In this document: in pieces, positions 1 to 8,856 of the stretch
How positions within the stretch are numbered: position 1 is the first letter of the stretch
Layout: the number at the start of each line of letters is the position of its first letter
Source: Nanobdellota archaeon
Lineage (GTDB): Archaea; Nanobdellota; Nanobdellia; Woesearchaeales; JAHJEM01
DNA: 55,754 nucleotides
Assembly: GCA_043825215.1 (NCBI GenBank)
Contig: JBDRSD010000063.1
Coordinates: forward strand, 1-55,754
Direction of reading: 5' to 3'
Program-made: the position numbers and the translations under genes
The notes under the pieces: model-generated
Databases searched by the model: none
Seen by the model: only the letters and a program-made list of their open reading frames with translations
What the model was told of the DNA's origin: nothing

Positions 1-242
1 TATGCTCGTCAGACAATAACACTTTTTGATAAGCCATTAACAAACCACCTCACATTTTATCGTCGATAAACTACTATAAATATGTTACTAATCACACGAG
101 AAATTATAAGCAAAATAACCAAGACTTTATAGACAACCCCTCATATGCGTGCCATGCACGAAAGAAGGGGCGGGAGCGAGAACTACTACTCCTTTTCAAA
201 CGAAAGCAGAACCTGTAGCACAGCTTAGAAATCAGTAAATCT

Positions 243-731
243 TCACGGTATCCTATCCAGGCTCTTAATCAGATAATTCTCAGCATTCCCGTCTCCCTCG
301 GAAATAACTTCCACATCCTGCTTTATAACGACAGGCTTCTCTTCAACTGCTGCCTTTCCGATGACCAATGCATCCTTGATCCGCGAAAGCACTGTATCCA
401 TCTCCTCCGGCGGCACCTGCTTTGGCTTCCACAGGAAATTCAGACCATCATCCTGCTTTCTCTCGATAATATCAATTGCCACATGCCCTTTCTCCGACAT
501 GATGATATTCGTCCCGTGCGCGCCAAGAAGCTCAAAGAGAACCGCAGCAGCATACGACCCAGAGAAAAACAGATGCTCAAGAAGTGCTTCTGGAATCTCA
601 TCAATAGCTGTGGTGTGCTGCTTTGGAAAGATAAGAATATGTCCTCGCGAGGCTTCTCCTGCATGGGCAATCTTTATGACTTCATCTTCATACAGAAGCT
701 CCTTTTTTCCTTCGCACAATTCACAGGTCAT
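243..731 (-). CDS. HIT-family protein, degenerate histidine triad
   Basis: N-terminal CELC, GHILIFPKQH motif; triad region reads GHVAIDII instead of HxHxH. Confidence 0.75.
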   Translation of the reverse strand: MTCELCEGKKELLYEDEVIKIAHAGEASRGHILIFPKQHTTAIDEIPEALLEHLFFSGSYAAAVLFELLGAHGTNIIMSEKGHVAIDIIERKQDDGLNFLWKPKQVPPEEMDTVLSRIKDALVIGKAAVEEKPVVIKQDVEVISEGDGNAENYLIKSLDRIP

Positions 732-1696
732 GTGAACAACCCCGCAATCTTATCCATTTCAGGATTCCCGTGCTTTGGCCTGTCCTCATCAGAATCATCT
801 TCTGTATCGTCAGGCCCTTCATGATCACCTTTCTCGTCATCGTCCTTTCCCCCATCATCTTTCTTGCCATCTTTCTTCTGCTCTTCCTTGTCAAATTCCC
901 GAAGCTTCTGGGACAAGCGACCAATATTGATCCCCTGAAAGAGCTCTGCAAGGTCATGATTCGTCTTCATCAGTTCCTTGATCTTCTCCGGAGTCTCAAT
1001 AAGCATCTGTTTGAGCCGAGGATTTCCCATGATCACCTTGGCCAGGTTATCCTTTGCCTCTTCAGGAGCAGGCGGTAGAGGTTCTGGAGGCAGCGGCGGC
1101 AATTCGTCCATTGGCTGAACAGGAGCAGGCATTCCTTGAGGAGGACGCAATCCTGGGACTTGAACTGTCGGAGGTACCTGCGGCTTTGCCTCACCCACCA
1201 ACTTTCCCTCACGCTGCAAATAATTCCTCATGACAGCACCAACATTTGTGCGAAGCGCAGGAGTGAGCTTTGCCACTTCTTCCCGAGGCACCTTGCCCTT
1301 GGGAATCGGAAAGTCAACACCCTCATTCGGGATGATATGAAAGAGAAAATGCGGACTCTGCTGGCCAGCAACAGCGCCATTCGCAATAAAGACCGTCACC
1401 TGCGGTGCGACCATGCCCTTCTTCACCGCCGCGACAAGGTACTTGGTCGTCCGAAACAAGTGCTTGAACACATCCGGAGGAATCACCGGAAGGATGGGAT
1501 AATGCTCCTTAGGCATGACCAAGGTATGCCCCTTTGCCGCAGGATTGATATCAAGAATGGCAAGCATCTTCTCATCCTCATAGACCTTCCGTGACGGGAT
1601 CTCACCCTTCACGATCTTGCAGAAGATGCAATTCTCCTTCTGCAGGCGGGAAACTTCATCAGGAGACATATTCTGCAGCTCTTCTTCCGAAACCAT
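728..1696 (-). CDS. HIT-family protein with Pro-rich linker, helical domain and acidic tail
   Basis: CIFCKIVKGEIP, DINPAAKGHTLVMPKEH, QQSPHFLFH; overlaps next gene by 4 nt. Confidence 0.85.
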   Translation of the reverse strand: MVSEEELQNMSPDEVSRLQKENCIFCKIVKGEIPSRKVYEDEKMLAILDINPAAKGHTLVMPKEHYPILPVIPPDVFKHLFRTTKYLVAAVKKGMVAPQVTVFIANGAVAGQQSPHFLFHIIPNEGVDFPIPKGKVPREEVAKLTPALRTNVGAVMRNYLQREGKLVGEAKPQVPPTVQVPGLRPPQGMPAPVQPMDELPPLPPEPLPPAPEEAKDNLAKVIMGNPRLKQMLIETPEKIKELMKTNHDLAELFQGINIGRLSQKLREFDKEEQKKDGKKDDGGKDDDEKGDHEGPDDTEDDSDEDRPKHGNPEMDKIAGLFT

Positions 1697-1781
1697 AGAG
1701 CACCTTTGTGGCTAGAGGATATTTAAATGTTACCCTTAAGAGAAGATACGATAGGTTCCATACCAATATCTTGGAAGAGGG

Positions 1782-1800
1782 GATGAGTCCGACTGGATTT
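1782..1800 (-). repeat. decayed copy of tRNA-Lys(CTT) 3' end (distal att remnant)
   Basis: gatgagtccgactggattt matches 15176-15194 at 18/19. Confidence 0.75.
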
Positions 1801-1818
1801 TTTGCCCTGGAAAAATCC

Positions 1819-2412
1819 TTAGAAGTACCCTTCCTGTATTGTCGCATCCACATCGTGGTATTTTAATATAGGCAAAATATCGTTTTTACGTTCGACAGGA
1901 ACCATGATTGTGCTTTTCCCCAATTTCCTTCCTTCAAGCTTCTCAAGAAGCCCCTGATACTTCTTGTCATTCGCTCGAAATCCATATATCTTGTTGAGGA
2001 ATGCGCCTCTGTTTGTGCCAATGCGACTCCAGGAGATGACTGCATATTTTCTGCCTTCGATCCTTCCACCAACATAGGGACCATAGAGAACAATCCCGCT
2101 TGCTTCAATGCTTTGCTTGAGGTCATTCCACTCTTCAAGCTTTCCTACGATGGCATTGATCTTGTTGTCAACTCCTTTTGCCTTGAATATGAGCGCGTCT
2201 CTGCTCTTATAGAATGATTCAATAGCATCTTCGATTTCCTTCTGAATTTTTTTTGTCGCAGAATGAACATCGAAAAATATATCGATGTCGCTGTCTTTCT
2301 TTGCCTCTCCTTTGGCAGCAGAACCGAACAGGATGATGCACCTGACATTTTTCATATTCTGATGAGCAGCCAGGTACCATGAGACAAAGGTGCTCGTGTA
2401 TGCCTTATACAT
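1819..2412 (-). CDS. minimal nucleotidyltransferase (MNT) domain protein with C-terminal extension
   Basis: ILFGSAAKGEAKKDSDIDIF Pol-beta superfamily motif. Confidence 0.85.
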   Translation of the reverse strand: MYKAYTSTFVSWYLAAHQNMKNVRCIILFGSAAKGEAKKDSDIDIFFDVHSATKKIQKEIEDAIESFYKSRDALIFKAKGVDNKINAIVGKLEEWNDLKQSIEASGIVLYGPYVGGRIEGRKYAVISWSRIGTNRGAFLNKIYGFRANDKKYQGLLEKLEGRKLGKSTIMVPVERKNDILPILKYHDVDATIQEGYF

Positions 2413-2815
2413 TTTTCACCTTCTTCTTCAATTCGAGAAAGCAGTCAATTTTCTCTTGGATCGTTTTTTCAGAAACACCTTTCCCATATGCCATGTCATT
2501 ACTGTCCTTTTCGATCAGGTATGCGGAATCAAGAAGGGGATCGATCTCGGGAAGTGATTCGATTGATGCAGTTATCCTTTGCGCAATGAGTAGCTTTGCA
2601 TTTTCTTTCTTCTTTTTCAGCCAGCGATGATCTATCTTCTCGCCTTGCTTAAGCACAGATTTCTTCTTGAGATATTCTTCGAGGAGGGCAACTGTTCCTA
2701 AGGAGAGCAGGAATGCGAGGCGGCGCTGATGAACGATAATGCCTTGGGAATCCTTGAGAGCGCTTTCTATCTCGTCCATCACTTCCTTCATGAGCCCATC
2801 GAATGCTGATGCCAT
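2405..2815 (-). CDS. putative HEPN-like partner of the MNT
   Basis: helical 136 aa ORF overlapping the MNT; SNDMAYG at the usual Rx4-6H/Y position. Confidence 0.5.
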   Translation of the reverse strand: MASAFDGLMKEVMDEIESALKDSQGIIVHQRRLAFLLSLGTVALLEEYLKKKSVLKQGEKIDHRWLKKKKENAKLLIAQRITASIESLPEIDPLLDSAYLIEKDSNDMAYGKGVSEKTIQEKIDCFLELKKKVKNV

Positions 2816-2818
2816 GTC

Positions 2819-2914
2819 GAGACACCTGTCTTGAAGTAATTAAGACACCTGTCTTTAAAAAGATTATGTTTTATGTTAAGATGGATGTCTTAAAATCATT
2901 AAGGCAAGTGTCTT
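2819..2914. promoter_or_regulatory. four palindromic operator-like boxes over the promoter of the 2815 operon
   Basis: AAGACA-nn-TGTCTT-like boxes at 2819, 2842, 2878 and 2901 (spacing 23/36/23), flanking a tttaaa TATA at about 2854. Confidence 0.7.
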
Positions 2915-2950
2915 AATAGAGAATTACGACCATGTCGTTTGTCGTCGGTG

Positions 2951-2986
2951 GTTTGTCGTTCATCGTGGTTCGGACGGGACGGTTCA
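2951..2986 (+). repeat. 36-bp direct repeat, copy 1
   Basis: 34/36 identical to 3739-3774; 24-bp core tcgtggttcggacgggacggttca is identical. Confidence 0.9.
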
Positions 2987-3026
2987 GACGTGTTTCATTT
3001 TGTTCCATCTTATGACTCCCTCACCT

Positions 3027-3296
3027 TTATATTATGTATTCTTCAATCTCTTTCAACTTCTTGATATTCAGTTGATACGCATCTCCGTGTTTGGTTTTTC
3101 CATAGAATAAGACCAACTCTTCCTTGATGAGATCTTCCAAGACCTCTTTCACATATCCTTGAAGGTGGCCTGGAATGCTCGAGTGCAATCTTTCAAAAAG
3201 AAGATGACCTTTACTGAATGCCTGCTTCGCATATAACTTCTTGAGAATGTTCTTCTTAATGCGAAAATAATCGGCTTTACTAATCTTCCCAGACAT
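3027..3296 (-). CDS. small winged-helix-like hypothetical protein
   Basis: 89 aa; VKEVLEDLIKEELV..GKTKHGDAYQLN helix-wing pattern; TATA (tttataa) about 25 nt upstream. Confidence 0.6.
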   Translation of the reverse strand: MSGKISKADYFRIKKNILKKLYAKQAFSKGHLLFERLHSSIPGHLQGYVKEVLEDLIKEELVLFYGKTKHGDAYQLNIKKLKEIEEYII

Positions 3297-3408
3297 CCAG
3301 TTTGGTGTGAAGTCGAGTTTTATAAGCTTTATTCAATTCATTCATATTTATGGCTCTTATTGGCTAGAAATAGAAAGTTTTAAATATGTTGACAGCACCA
3401 CCTAGGTC

Positions 3409-3735
3409 ATGGAAAACAAAACAGCATTTTTGGAGATATTCGGCGATTCACCTGTATTGAGAGCATTAGATTTCTTGATAGTCAATGAAGATTTTGACTA
3501 TAGTATGACTGACATAGCCAATCTATCTGGAGTCGGCTATTCCACGCTCAAATTGTTCTGGAACAGATTGGAAAGGGAAAGGATAGTCATCAACACGAGA
3601 ACAGTAGGTAAGGCAAAGATGTATAAGCTCAACACAATAAACCCTGTCATCAAGAAATTCAGGGAGTTCTACTGGGAGACAACCAAGCAGCATACGCACA
3701 ACAAATTAAAGGAACAGATCTTGGTGGAATCATAA
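3409..3735 (+). CDS. winged-helix transcription regulator
   Basis: YSMTDIANLSGVGYSTL HTH and TRTVGKAKMYKLN wing. Confidence 0.8.
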   Translation: MENKTAFLEIFGDSPVLRALDFLIVNEDFDYSMTDIANLSGVGYSTLKLFWNRLERERIVINTRTVGKAKMYKLNTINPVIKKFREFYWETTKQHTHNKLKEQILVES

Positions 3736-3738
3736 GGC

Positions 3739-3774
3739 GTTTGTCGTTAGTCGTGGTTCGGACGGGACGGTTCA
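3739..3774 (+). repeat. 36-bp direct repeat, copy 2
   Basis: matches 2951-2986. Confidence 0.9.
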
Positions 3775-3846
3775 AGTCGTCATTAGTTCTTCGTTTGTGG
3801 TTCATTGTTCCTTCATCCCGTTCTATCTTCGACTCCGTCAATCAAT

Positions 3847-4416
3847 TTATTCAACAACTTGCAATACTGATTTTTGCATGCATGATGAAGAAACTTTTTT
3901 AATGGATTCCAACAAGAGATTCCCGTATTCTGGAGCAATCTCTATCAAACCAGGCTTGAGGAGTTTTCCACCATATTTTCTCAGAAGACCATACTCTCCC
4001 TTCTTGCCATTCAACATATAATTAAACTTGATCTTGTCCCTTTTTTCAAGATTCTCAAGAGTATAAAATATTTGAACAACTGGAATGAAACCAAATAATT
4101 CTGCTAAATATTTTCCATGAATAATGCTTCTTCCACACAAAAGGATATTTTCTTTGGCAAAATTCGATCTGTCAAAAAGTGAATAATAATCATAAGAAGA
4201 GATATGGATCGCTATACTTGTCAATTTCTCAATCTGCTTTTTAATCTGCTGGGATTGTTGTAATTGCTCCTTGAGAGGGATTTTGAAGAAGATAACTGCA
4301 ACATCGATATCATTGGGATTTGAATTCTCCATGACTGAAGAGCCGAACTGGACTATGTCAATAACATCTTTACTATAGATTAACTTTGGTTTTGTTTGCC
4401 ATAGTTTTTGCGTCAT
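3847..4416 (-). CDS. MNT nucleotidyltransferase domain protein
   Basis: QFGSSVMENSNPNDIDVAV motif; C-terminal domain similar to the 1819 gene. Confidence 0.8.
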   Translation of the reverse strand: MTQKLWQTKPKLIYSKDVIDIVQFGSSVMENSNPNDIDVAVIFFKIPLKEQLQQSQQIKKQIEKLTSIAIHISSYDYYSLFDRSNFAKENILLCGRSIIHGKYLAELFGFIPVVQIFYTLENLEKRDKIKFNYMLNGKKGEYGLLRKYGGKLLKPGLIEIAPEYGNLLLESIKKVSSSCMQKSVLQVVE

Positions 4417-4735
4417 CTTTAATCACCTCTGTCAAATCCTTGCCCAATATCTGGACATAGCTGTTTTGATAGAACGGAAAATCCTTATCCAAGATATCAT
4501 AGACATCGGGGAATTTATTTCGTAAAATACGAAATCTATTCGTGTGGGAAGATGGTGTATCGCCGGTTTTCTCTAATATGTAAAGGTCTATCAATGCGAC
4601 CAATGACTTAAAATAGAGCACAAGCGCAGAGTTGTATCTCTCTTTTTTCAACTCATCTTCTCCCGCGTCAAAATACTCTTTTGCTGTTTTCTTCAGAATT
4701 GAAGCTTTTGGATGCTCTTGCTTTTGATCATTCAT
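4373..4735 (-). CDS. HEPN-domain protein
   Basis: AKEYFDAGEDELKKERYNSALVLYFKSL..PSSHT HEPN-like helices; adjacent to MNT. Confidence 0.7.
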   Translation of the reverse strand: MNDQKQEHPKASILKKTAKEYFDAGEDELKKERYNSALVLYFKSLVALIDLYILEKTGDTPSSHTNRFRILRNKFPDVYDILDKDFPFYQNSYVQILGKDLTEVIKDDAKTMANKTKVNL

Positions 4736-4827
4736 ACCTGGTAAGAAAGACCAACTACTATTTAAACCTTTTCTTACTTGGTAAGAATTTTATTGAATTA
4801 TTTCTCATTTTTCGAACCAGGTAAGAA
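4731..4827. promoter_or_regulatory. three 17-bp imperfect palindromes spaced exactly 40 bp
   Basis: ttcatacctggtaagaa (4731), ttcttacttggtaagaa (4771), ttcgaaccaggtaagaa (4811); they cover the start codon and flank the TATA box. Confidence 0.7.
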
Positions 4828-4945
4828 AAACTGCAAAACGAAGAATCAAATACTGTCAACGATGAATGACAGATGAGACCGGCTGGATTGCAGCCTTTCG
4901 AAGCTAGCTAAGCGATACCCGGCAGGATTCTCACTTGCGGTTCAA

Positions 4946-5077
4946 TCACACGAAAAAACTGAGTCCGACGGGAAAAGGAGGTGAACCCTGCGGCACTGAC
5001 GACGATAAACTTTCATTAGTAGAAATTGTCGTTTTCGTTTCTGAACCCGTACTATTGAACCTATTTGAGTTTGTCAT
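4946..5077 (-). CDS. Int(N): N-terminal fragment of the split integrase (43 aa as integrated)
   Basis: GGAGGT RBS then ATG at 5077; reads MTNSNRFNSTGSETKTTISTNESLSSSVPQGSPPF-PVGL, crossing the att core in the same frame as the PVGL of the integrase ORF. Confidence 0.75.
   Translation of the reverse strand: MTNSNRFNSTGSETKTTISTNESLSSSVPQGSPPFPVGLSFFV
4997..5049 (+). repeat. putative integrase arm-type sites, left end
   Basis: tgacgacgataaa (4997-5009) and ctgaacccg (5041-5049) recur at 15146-15158 and 15115-15123. Confidence 0.65.
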
Positions 5078-5160
5078 GGTGTGAACCTCCTTCGATATTG
5101 TTCATATTATGAATAATAGATATATTTTTAAATGTTGCGGTAAACAGTCCAGTTGAAAGG

Positions 5161-5535
5161 GTGAAAACAATCGTACTCCCTCCAAGAAAGATATACAAGT
5201 TCAGCCATAGCATTGGACAAGGTGGATTTCTCTATTCTCATAAGATACAGATAGGAAGAATTCAGAACAAGGATGGTTTGAGAAATATGCTTCAGGCAGT
5301 GGGGAAGCAATTCAAGCTCATTGATGTGACGGTAAAGATTTATGACGACATCTTCTTTTTTTTCTTCCTGTTTCATACTGCGAGACCTGTTGACTTGATA
5401 AACAAGTTGCAGGAACATCTTCATGAATATGGAGAGTTCACATCAGACTATCTGTATACGACAGTGTATGACCTTCAGGAAGAATACTTGCGAAAAGACT
5501 TGAAGGAATATGGATTTGACTATGATAAAGGATAA
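5161..5535 (+). CDS. IS200/IS605 TnpA (Y1 HUH)-like protein lacking catalytic residues
   Basis: pattern SHSI..LR.ML..IYDDIFF..PVDLINKL..YLYTTV..EEYLRKDL parallels TnpA, but HUH and the catalytic Tyr are replaced. Confidence 0.5.
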   Translation: MKTIVLPPRKIYKFSHSIGQGGFLYSHKIQIGRIQNKDGLRNMLQAVGKQFKLIDVTVKIYDDIFFFFFLFHTARPVDLINKLQEHLHEYGEFTSDYLYTTVYDLQEEYLRKDLKEYGFDYDKG

Positions 5536-5929
5536 GCTAGAATTAAGGAGAGCATTCATTGGGCGATGGCGTATTGTCAAGATGAGTGAGTGGGATAAGG
5601 ATTTTGTCGATGAGGATGTGAAAGCGTACCTGCTCATTGAAAAGAATGGTTCTGGAGAATTTAGGTTTGGTTACGTATCTGGAGATGATGTTCATGGGGA
5701 ATTCAAGCAGCAAGGAAGGGATATTATTTTTGATTTCACTTGGGATGGGAGTGATGAGTGTGACCACGTATTTGGTGATGGCTGGATGAAACTGACTACA
5801 TCAACAACTGCAGAAGGTGAATTGCGATTTCATGGAGGAGAAAAGTCACACTTCTGGGTTAAGAAGTTGAATGAACGAAGACAAGAAGGAACGTCTAATA
5901 AAAAACAGAGAGGGACTCGGAAAAGATGA
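5510..5929 (+). CDS. hypothetical beta-rich protein
   Basis: GRWRIVKMSEWD..GEFRFG..FTWDGSDECD..FHGGE; overlaps both neighbours. Confidence 0.65.
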   Translation: MDLTMIKDKLELRRAFIGRWRIVKMSEWDKDFVDEDVKAYLLIEKNGSGEFRFGYVSGDDVHGEFKQQGRDIIFDFTWDGSDECDHVFGDGWMKLTTSTTAEGELRFHGGEKSHFWVKKLNERRQEGTSNKKQRGTRKR

Positions 5930-6654
5930 GGACAGAACAATTGGATGTGAACGGTACGAAGTATCTTGTCACGATTCATTACGAACAGAGGAACGGTTCC
6001 AGAGTATCCATTGGAAAGAAAGGAATTAACATTCGTGTTCCGTTAGGGATGAGCAGGGACGAGCAAAGCAGGGAAGTACTCAAGATGAAAATTTGGGCAA
6101 GAGAGCAACTTCTGAAGAAACCTGAAAAGTTCAAGAAAGAGCCAGCAAAGGAATATCATGACGGTGACGTGTTGACTATTGGAAATGATGAATATCATCT
6201 TCACATTGATTTCAAGGAGAAGCAGAGCAGTTCTGCAAGGAGAAGTGATAAAGACATCTACCTTTTCATCTCATCATCTCTTTCAAAGGAAAGACAGAAT
6301 GAGCACGTCTCTACTCTGCTCAGCAGAGTGGTTGCCAGAAAAAGGATAGACGAACTCAAAGGTAAGATTTCAGAGTTGAATGACAAGCATTTCCACCAGA
6401 AGCTCAACAAAATATTCTTCAAATACAATTCATCAAACTGGGGAAGCTGCTCAATCAATGGCAATATCAACATTTCCACACGGCTCCTTTTTGCTCCAGA
6501 GGATGTGCTGGAATACGTCTGCATACATGAGCTTGCTCATCTCATCGAGCATAATCATTCTGACAGATTCTGGAAATTAGTGAAAGATGCAATGCCGAAT
6601 TACAATGAAAAAAAGCAATGGCTAAAGGAACATGGGCAAACCTGCACATTTTAA
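5926..6654 (+). CDS. YgjP/DUF45-like (M48-type) zinc metallopeptidase
   Basis: WGSCS..NINIS.RL and YVCIHELAHLIEHNHSDRFW motifs. Confidence 0.9.
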   Translation: MRTEQLDVNGTKYLVTIHYEQRNGSRVSIGKKGINIRVPLGMSRDEQSREVLKMKIWAREQLLKKPEKFKKEPAKEYHDGDVLTIGNDEYHLHIDFKEKQSSSARRSDKDIYLFISSSLSKERQNEHVSTLLSRVVARKRIDELKGKISELNDKHFHQKLNKIFFKYNSSNWGSCSINGNINISTRLLFAPEDVLEYVCIHELAHLIEHNHSDRFWKLVKDAMPNYNEKKQWLKEHGQTCTF

Positions 6655-8233
6655 GAGAACGAAGAAAAACGATAAGGAAGGAAGCCAACAGACCAAGCTC
6701 TTCCTCTTCCGTGACAAACCAGTAGAATACACTATTGCAGACGATTTTGTGAGACACCCATATCTCAAAGAGAATAAAATAATCGCCAAGCAATACCAGC
6801 TCGACATTGCCAAGAATTGCATCCATGAGAACACTGCAGTCATCCTTCCTACTGGACTTGGCAAGACTATTATTGCATTCCTTGTTATCGCTGAGGTGCT
6901 TTCGAAGAAAATACTCTTTCTTGCTCCGACAAAGCCTTTGGTTATGCAGCATTTTGAGAGCTGCAAGAAGTTCCTTGCTATTGATGAGTCAAGGATTGTC
7001 CTTCTTTCTGGGAGCATTCCTGCAAAGAAGCGAAGGGATATCTTCATGGAGGCAACGGTCGTTATTTCCACTCCTCAGACGATAAAGAATGACCTTGAGA
7101 AAAAAAGGTACACGCTCACTGATTTCGGTCTTGTCATCTTTGACGAACTGCATAAGGCAGTAGAAGAGTATGCTTACGTTGAGATTGCCAAACAGTATAA
7201 AGGATTGATTCTAGGACTCACTGCATCACCTGGAGCAAAGAAGAAAAAAATCCAGAAGATATTTGACAACCTCAAGATAAAGAACATCGAAAGCAGGATA
7301 CGGGAAGACATTGACGTGAAGGAGCACATCAAGGACATTGACATTGCATGGGAGAAGACACCACTTGATGAAGAGCTGAAGAAGATACGAGCACCAGTGC
7401 AATCACTCTTCCTTGAGAAGCTGGAAAAGCTCAACAAGGTAGGCATTCTCACCTACAAGAAACCGCAATACCTCACCAAAAAAGACATCCTTGGAGCAAG
7501 GATGGCAATCATCAAGCGATTCTCAAGGACACCTTACGCATTCCACATACACAACAGCCATTCAGTAGTCCTGCAGACATATCACTGCCTTGAGCTTCTT
7601 GACACACAAGGAGCAGAACCATTCCTCAAATACCTTATGAAATTCAAGGAAAAGAAGAAACTGTCAAAGTCAGAGCAGATGTTCATTAATCACGAGTCAT
7701 TGCAGAAAGCAAGAGAACTGGCAGAAAAGAAGAAGGGATTATCGCATCCGAAACTAGCACTGCTAAAAAGAATGGTTGAAGAGCAATTCAAAGAAGAACA
7801 AGATTCTCTCGTTCTCATTTTTACACAATTCAGGGACACCATAGACTCGATAGAAGCAACACTCAAGAACATTCCTGGAGCGAAGATTCATCGTTTTATC
7901 GGACAGGCAAAGAAGGGAAAAGAGAAGGGCATGAATCAGAAGGAACAAAAAGAAATCATCGACAAATTCAAGAATCGGGAAATCAACATCCTCATAGCAA
8001 CATCAGTCGCTGAAGAAGGAATCGACATCCCTAATGTGAATCTCGTCATCTTCTATGAACCAATTCCTTCCGAAATTAGGGGAATACAACGGAAGGGAAG
8101 AACAGGAAGAAGCCACCTCGGAAAAGTCATTATCCTCATTGCAGAAGGAACAAAAGACGAAGCGTACTTCCATGTGGAAAGATACAAGGAAAGCAAGATG
8201 CAAGACATCATCGGAAAAATGAAACACAGGTGA
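6632..8233 (+). CDS. Hef/FANCM/Mph1-like SF2 helicase without nuclease domain
   Basis: LPTGLGKT, APTKPLV.QH, DELH, TASPG, TSVAEEGIDIP, QRKGRTGR; ends right after the helicase core. Confidence 0.9.
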   Translation: MGKPAHFKRTKKNDKEGSQQTKLFLFRDKPVEYTIADDFVRHPYLKENKIIAKQYQLDIAKNCIHENTAVILPTGLGKTIIAFLVIAEVLSKKILFLAPTKPLVMQHFESCKKFLAIDESRIVLLSGSIPAKKRRDIFMEATVVISTPQTIKNDLEKKRYTLTDFGLVIFDELHKAVEEYAYVEIAKQYKGLILGLTASPGAKKKKIQKIFDNLKIKNIESRIREDIDVKEHIKDIDIAWEKTPLDEELKKIRAPVQSLFLEKLEKLNKVGILTYKKPQYLTKKDILGARMAIIKRFSRTPYAFHIHNSHSVVLQTYHCLELLDTQGAEPFLKYLMKFKEKKKLSKSEQMFINHESLQKARELAEKKKGLSHPKLALLKRMVEEQFKEEQDSLVLIFTQFRDTIDSIEATLKNIPGAKIHRFIGQAKKGKEKGMNQKEQKEIIDKFKNREINILIATSVAEEGIDIPNVNLVIFYEPIPSEIRGIQRKGRTGRSHLGKVIILIAEGTKDEAYFHVERYKESKMQDIIGKMKHR

Positions 8234-8239
8234 ACAATC

Positions 8240-8380
8240 ATGGCAAAAAAAACAGTATCATTTACGGTAGAAGAAGAGGTAGTTGAGAAGTTCAACCGAC
8301 ACTGCGATGAGAATAGCATCAATAAGTCGAACTTGGTAGAGAAGATGATTAAGCGGTTCTTGGAAGAAAAGAAGAGGTAG
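8240..8380 (+). CDS. ribbon-helix-helix (CopG-like) protein, 46 aa
   Basis: MAKKTVSFTVEEEVVEKFNRHCDENSINKSNLVEKMIKRFLEEKKR; aggtga RBS; not in the ORF track. Confidence 0.75.
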   Translation: MAKKTVSFTVEEEVVEKFNRHCDENSINKSNLVEKMIKRFLEEKKR

Positions 8381-8856
8381 AACGACTCTTGTTATTAGCT
8401 GGTGGAGAAATCTTGGCAATTTTTGGTATGTGTTTATACGACTTCCAGTGGCAGGATATGGAGGTTATAGACCAGCATCGAAAATGAAGGGGATAAAATA
8501 TTTCTACTCGACTTTATCAAAAATATTAAATTCATTGCTGGAAATCGAGCAAAATCTTGCATTGTTAGCCTGACGTGAATATGATTTCCAAAAACAAAAA
8601 AAGTACTCAAGTTTGGCAATAACTTTATTAATAGATGTTCACACTTGACTATTGGTGATACCTTTGGAAAATACCGAAATAAAAAAGAAAGCCCTATGTA
8701 CGAAGGGATACTCTCCAAAGCAATCGATAGTCTCAAGGGAAGGATACAACCCCGAAACCTCGATTCAAGCAAGAAATGCTGGCTTACCACAAACAGACCA
8801 GACACCGCAAACTCCACCAAAAAACGTGAAGAAGGACATAAGCAACAAGTAATCCG

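Larger units (their letters stand above)
1782..4959. mobile_element. older integrase-less islet with two MNT-HEPN-like pairs and two wHTH genes, tandem at tRNA-Lys(CTT)
   Basis: bounded by att-like copies at 1782-1800 and 4960-4973; only TA-like and regulator cargo. Confidence 0.6.
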
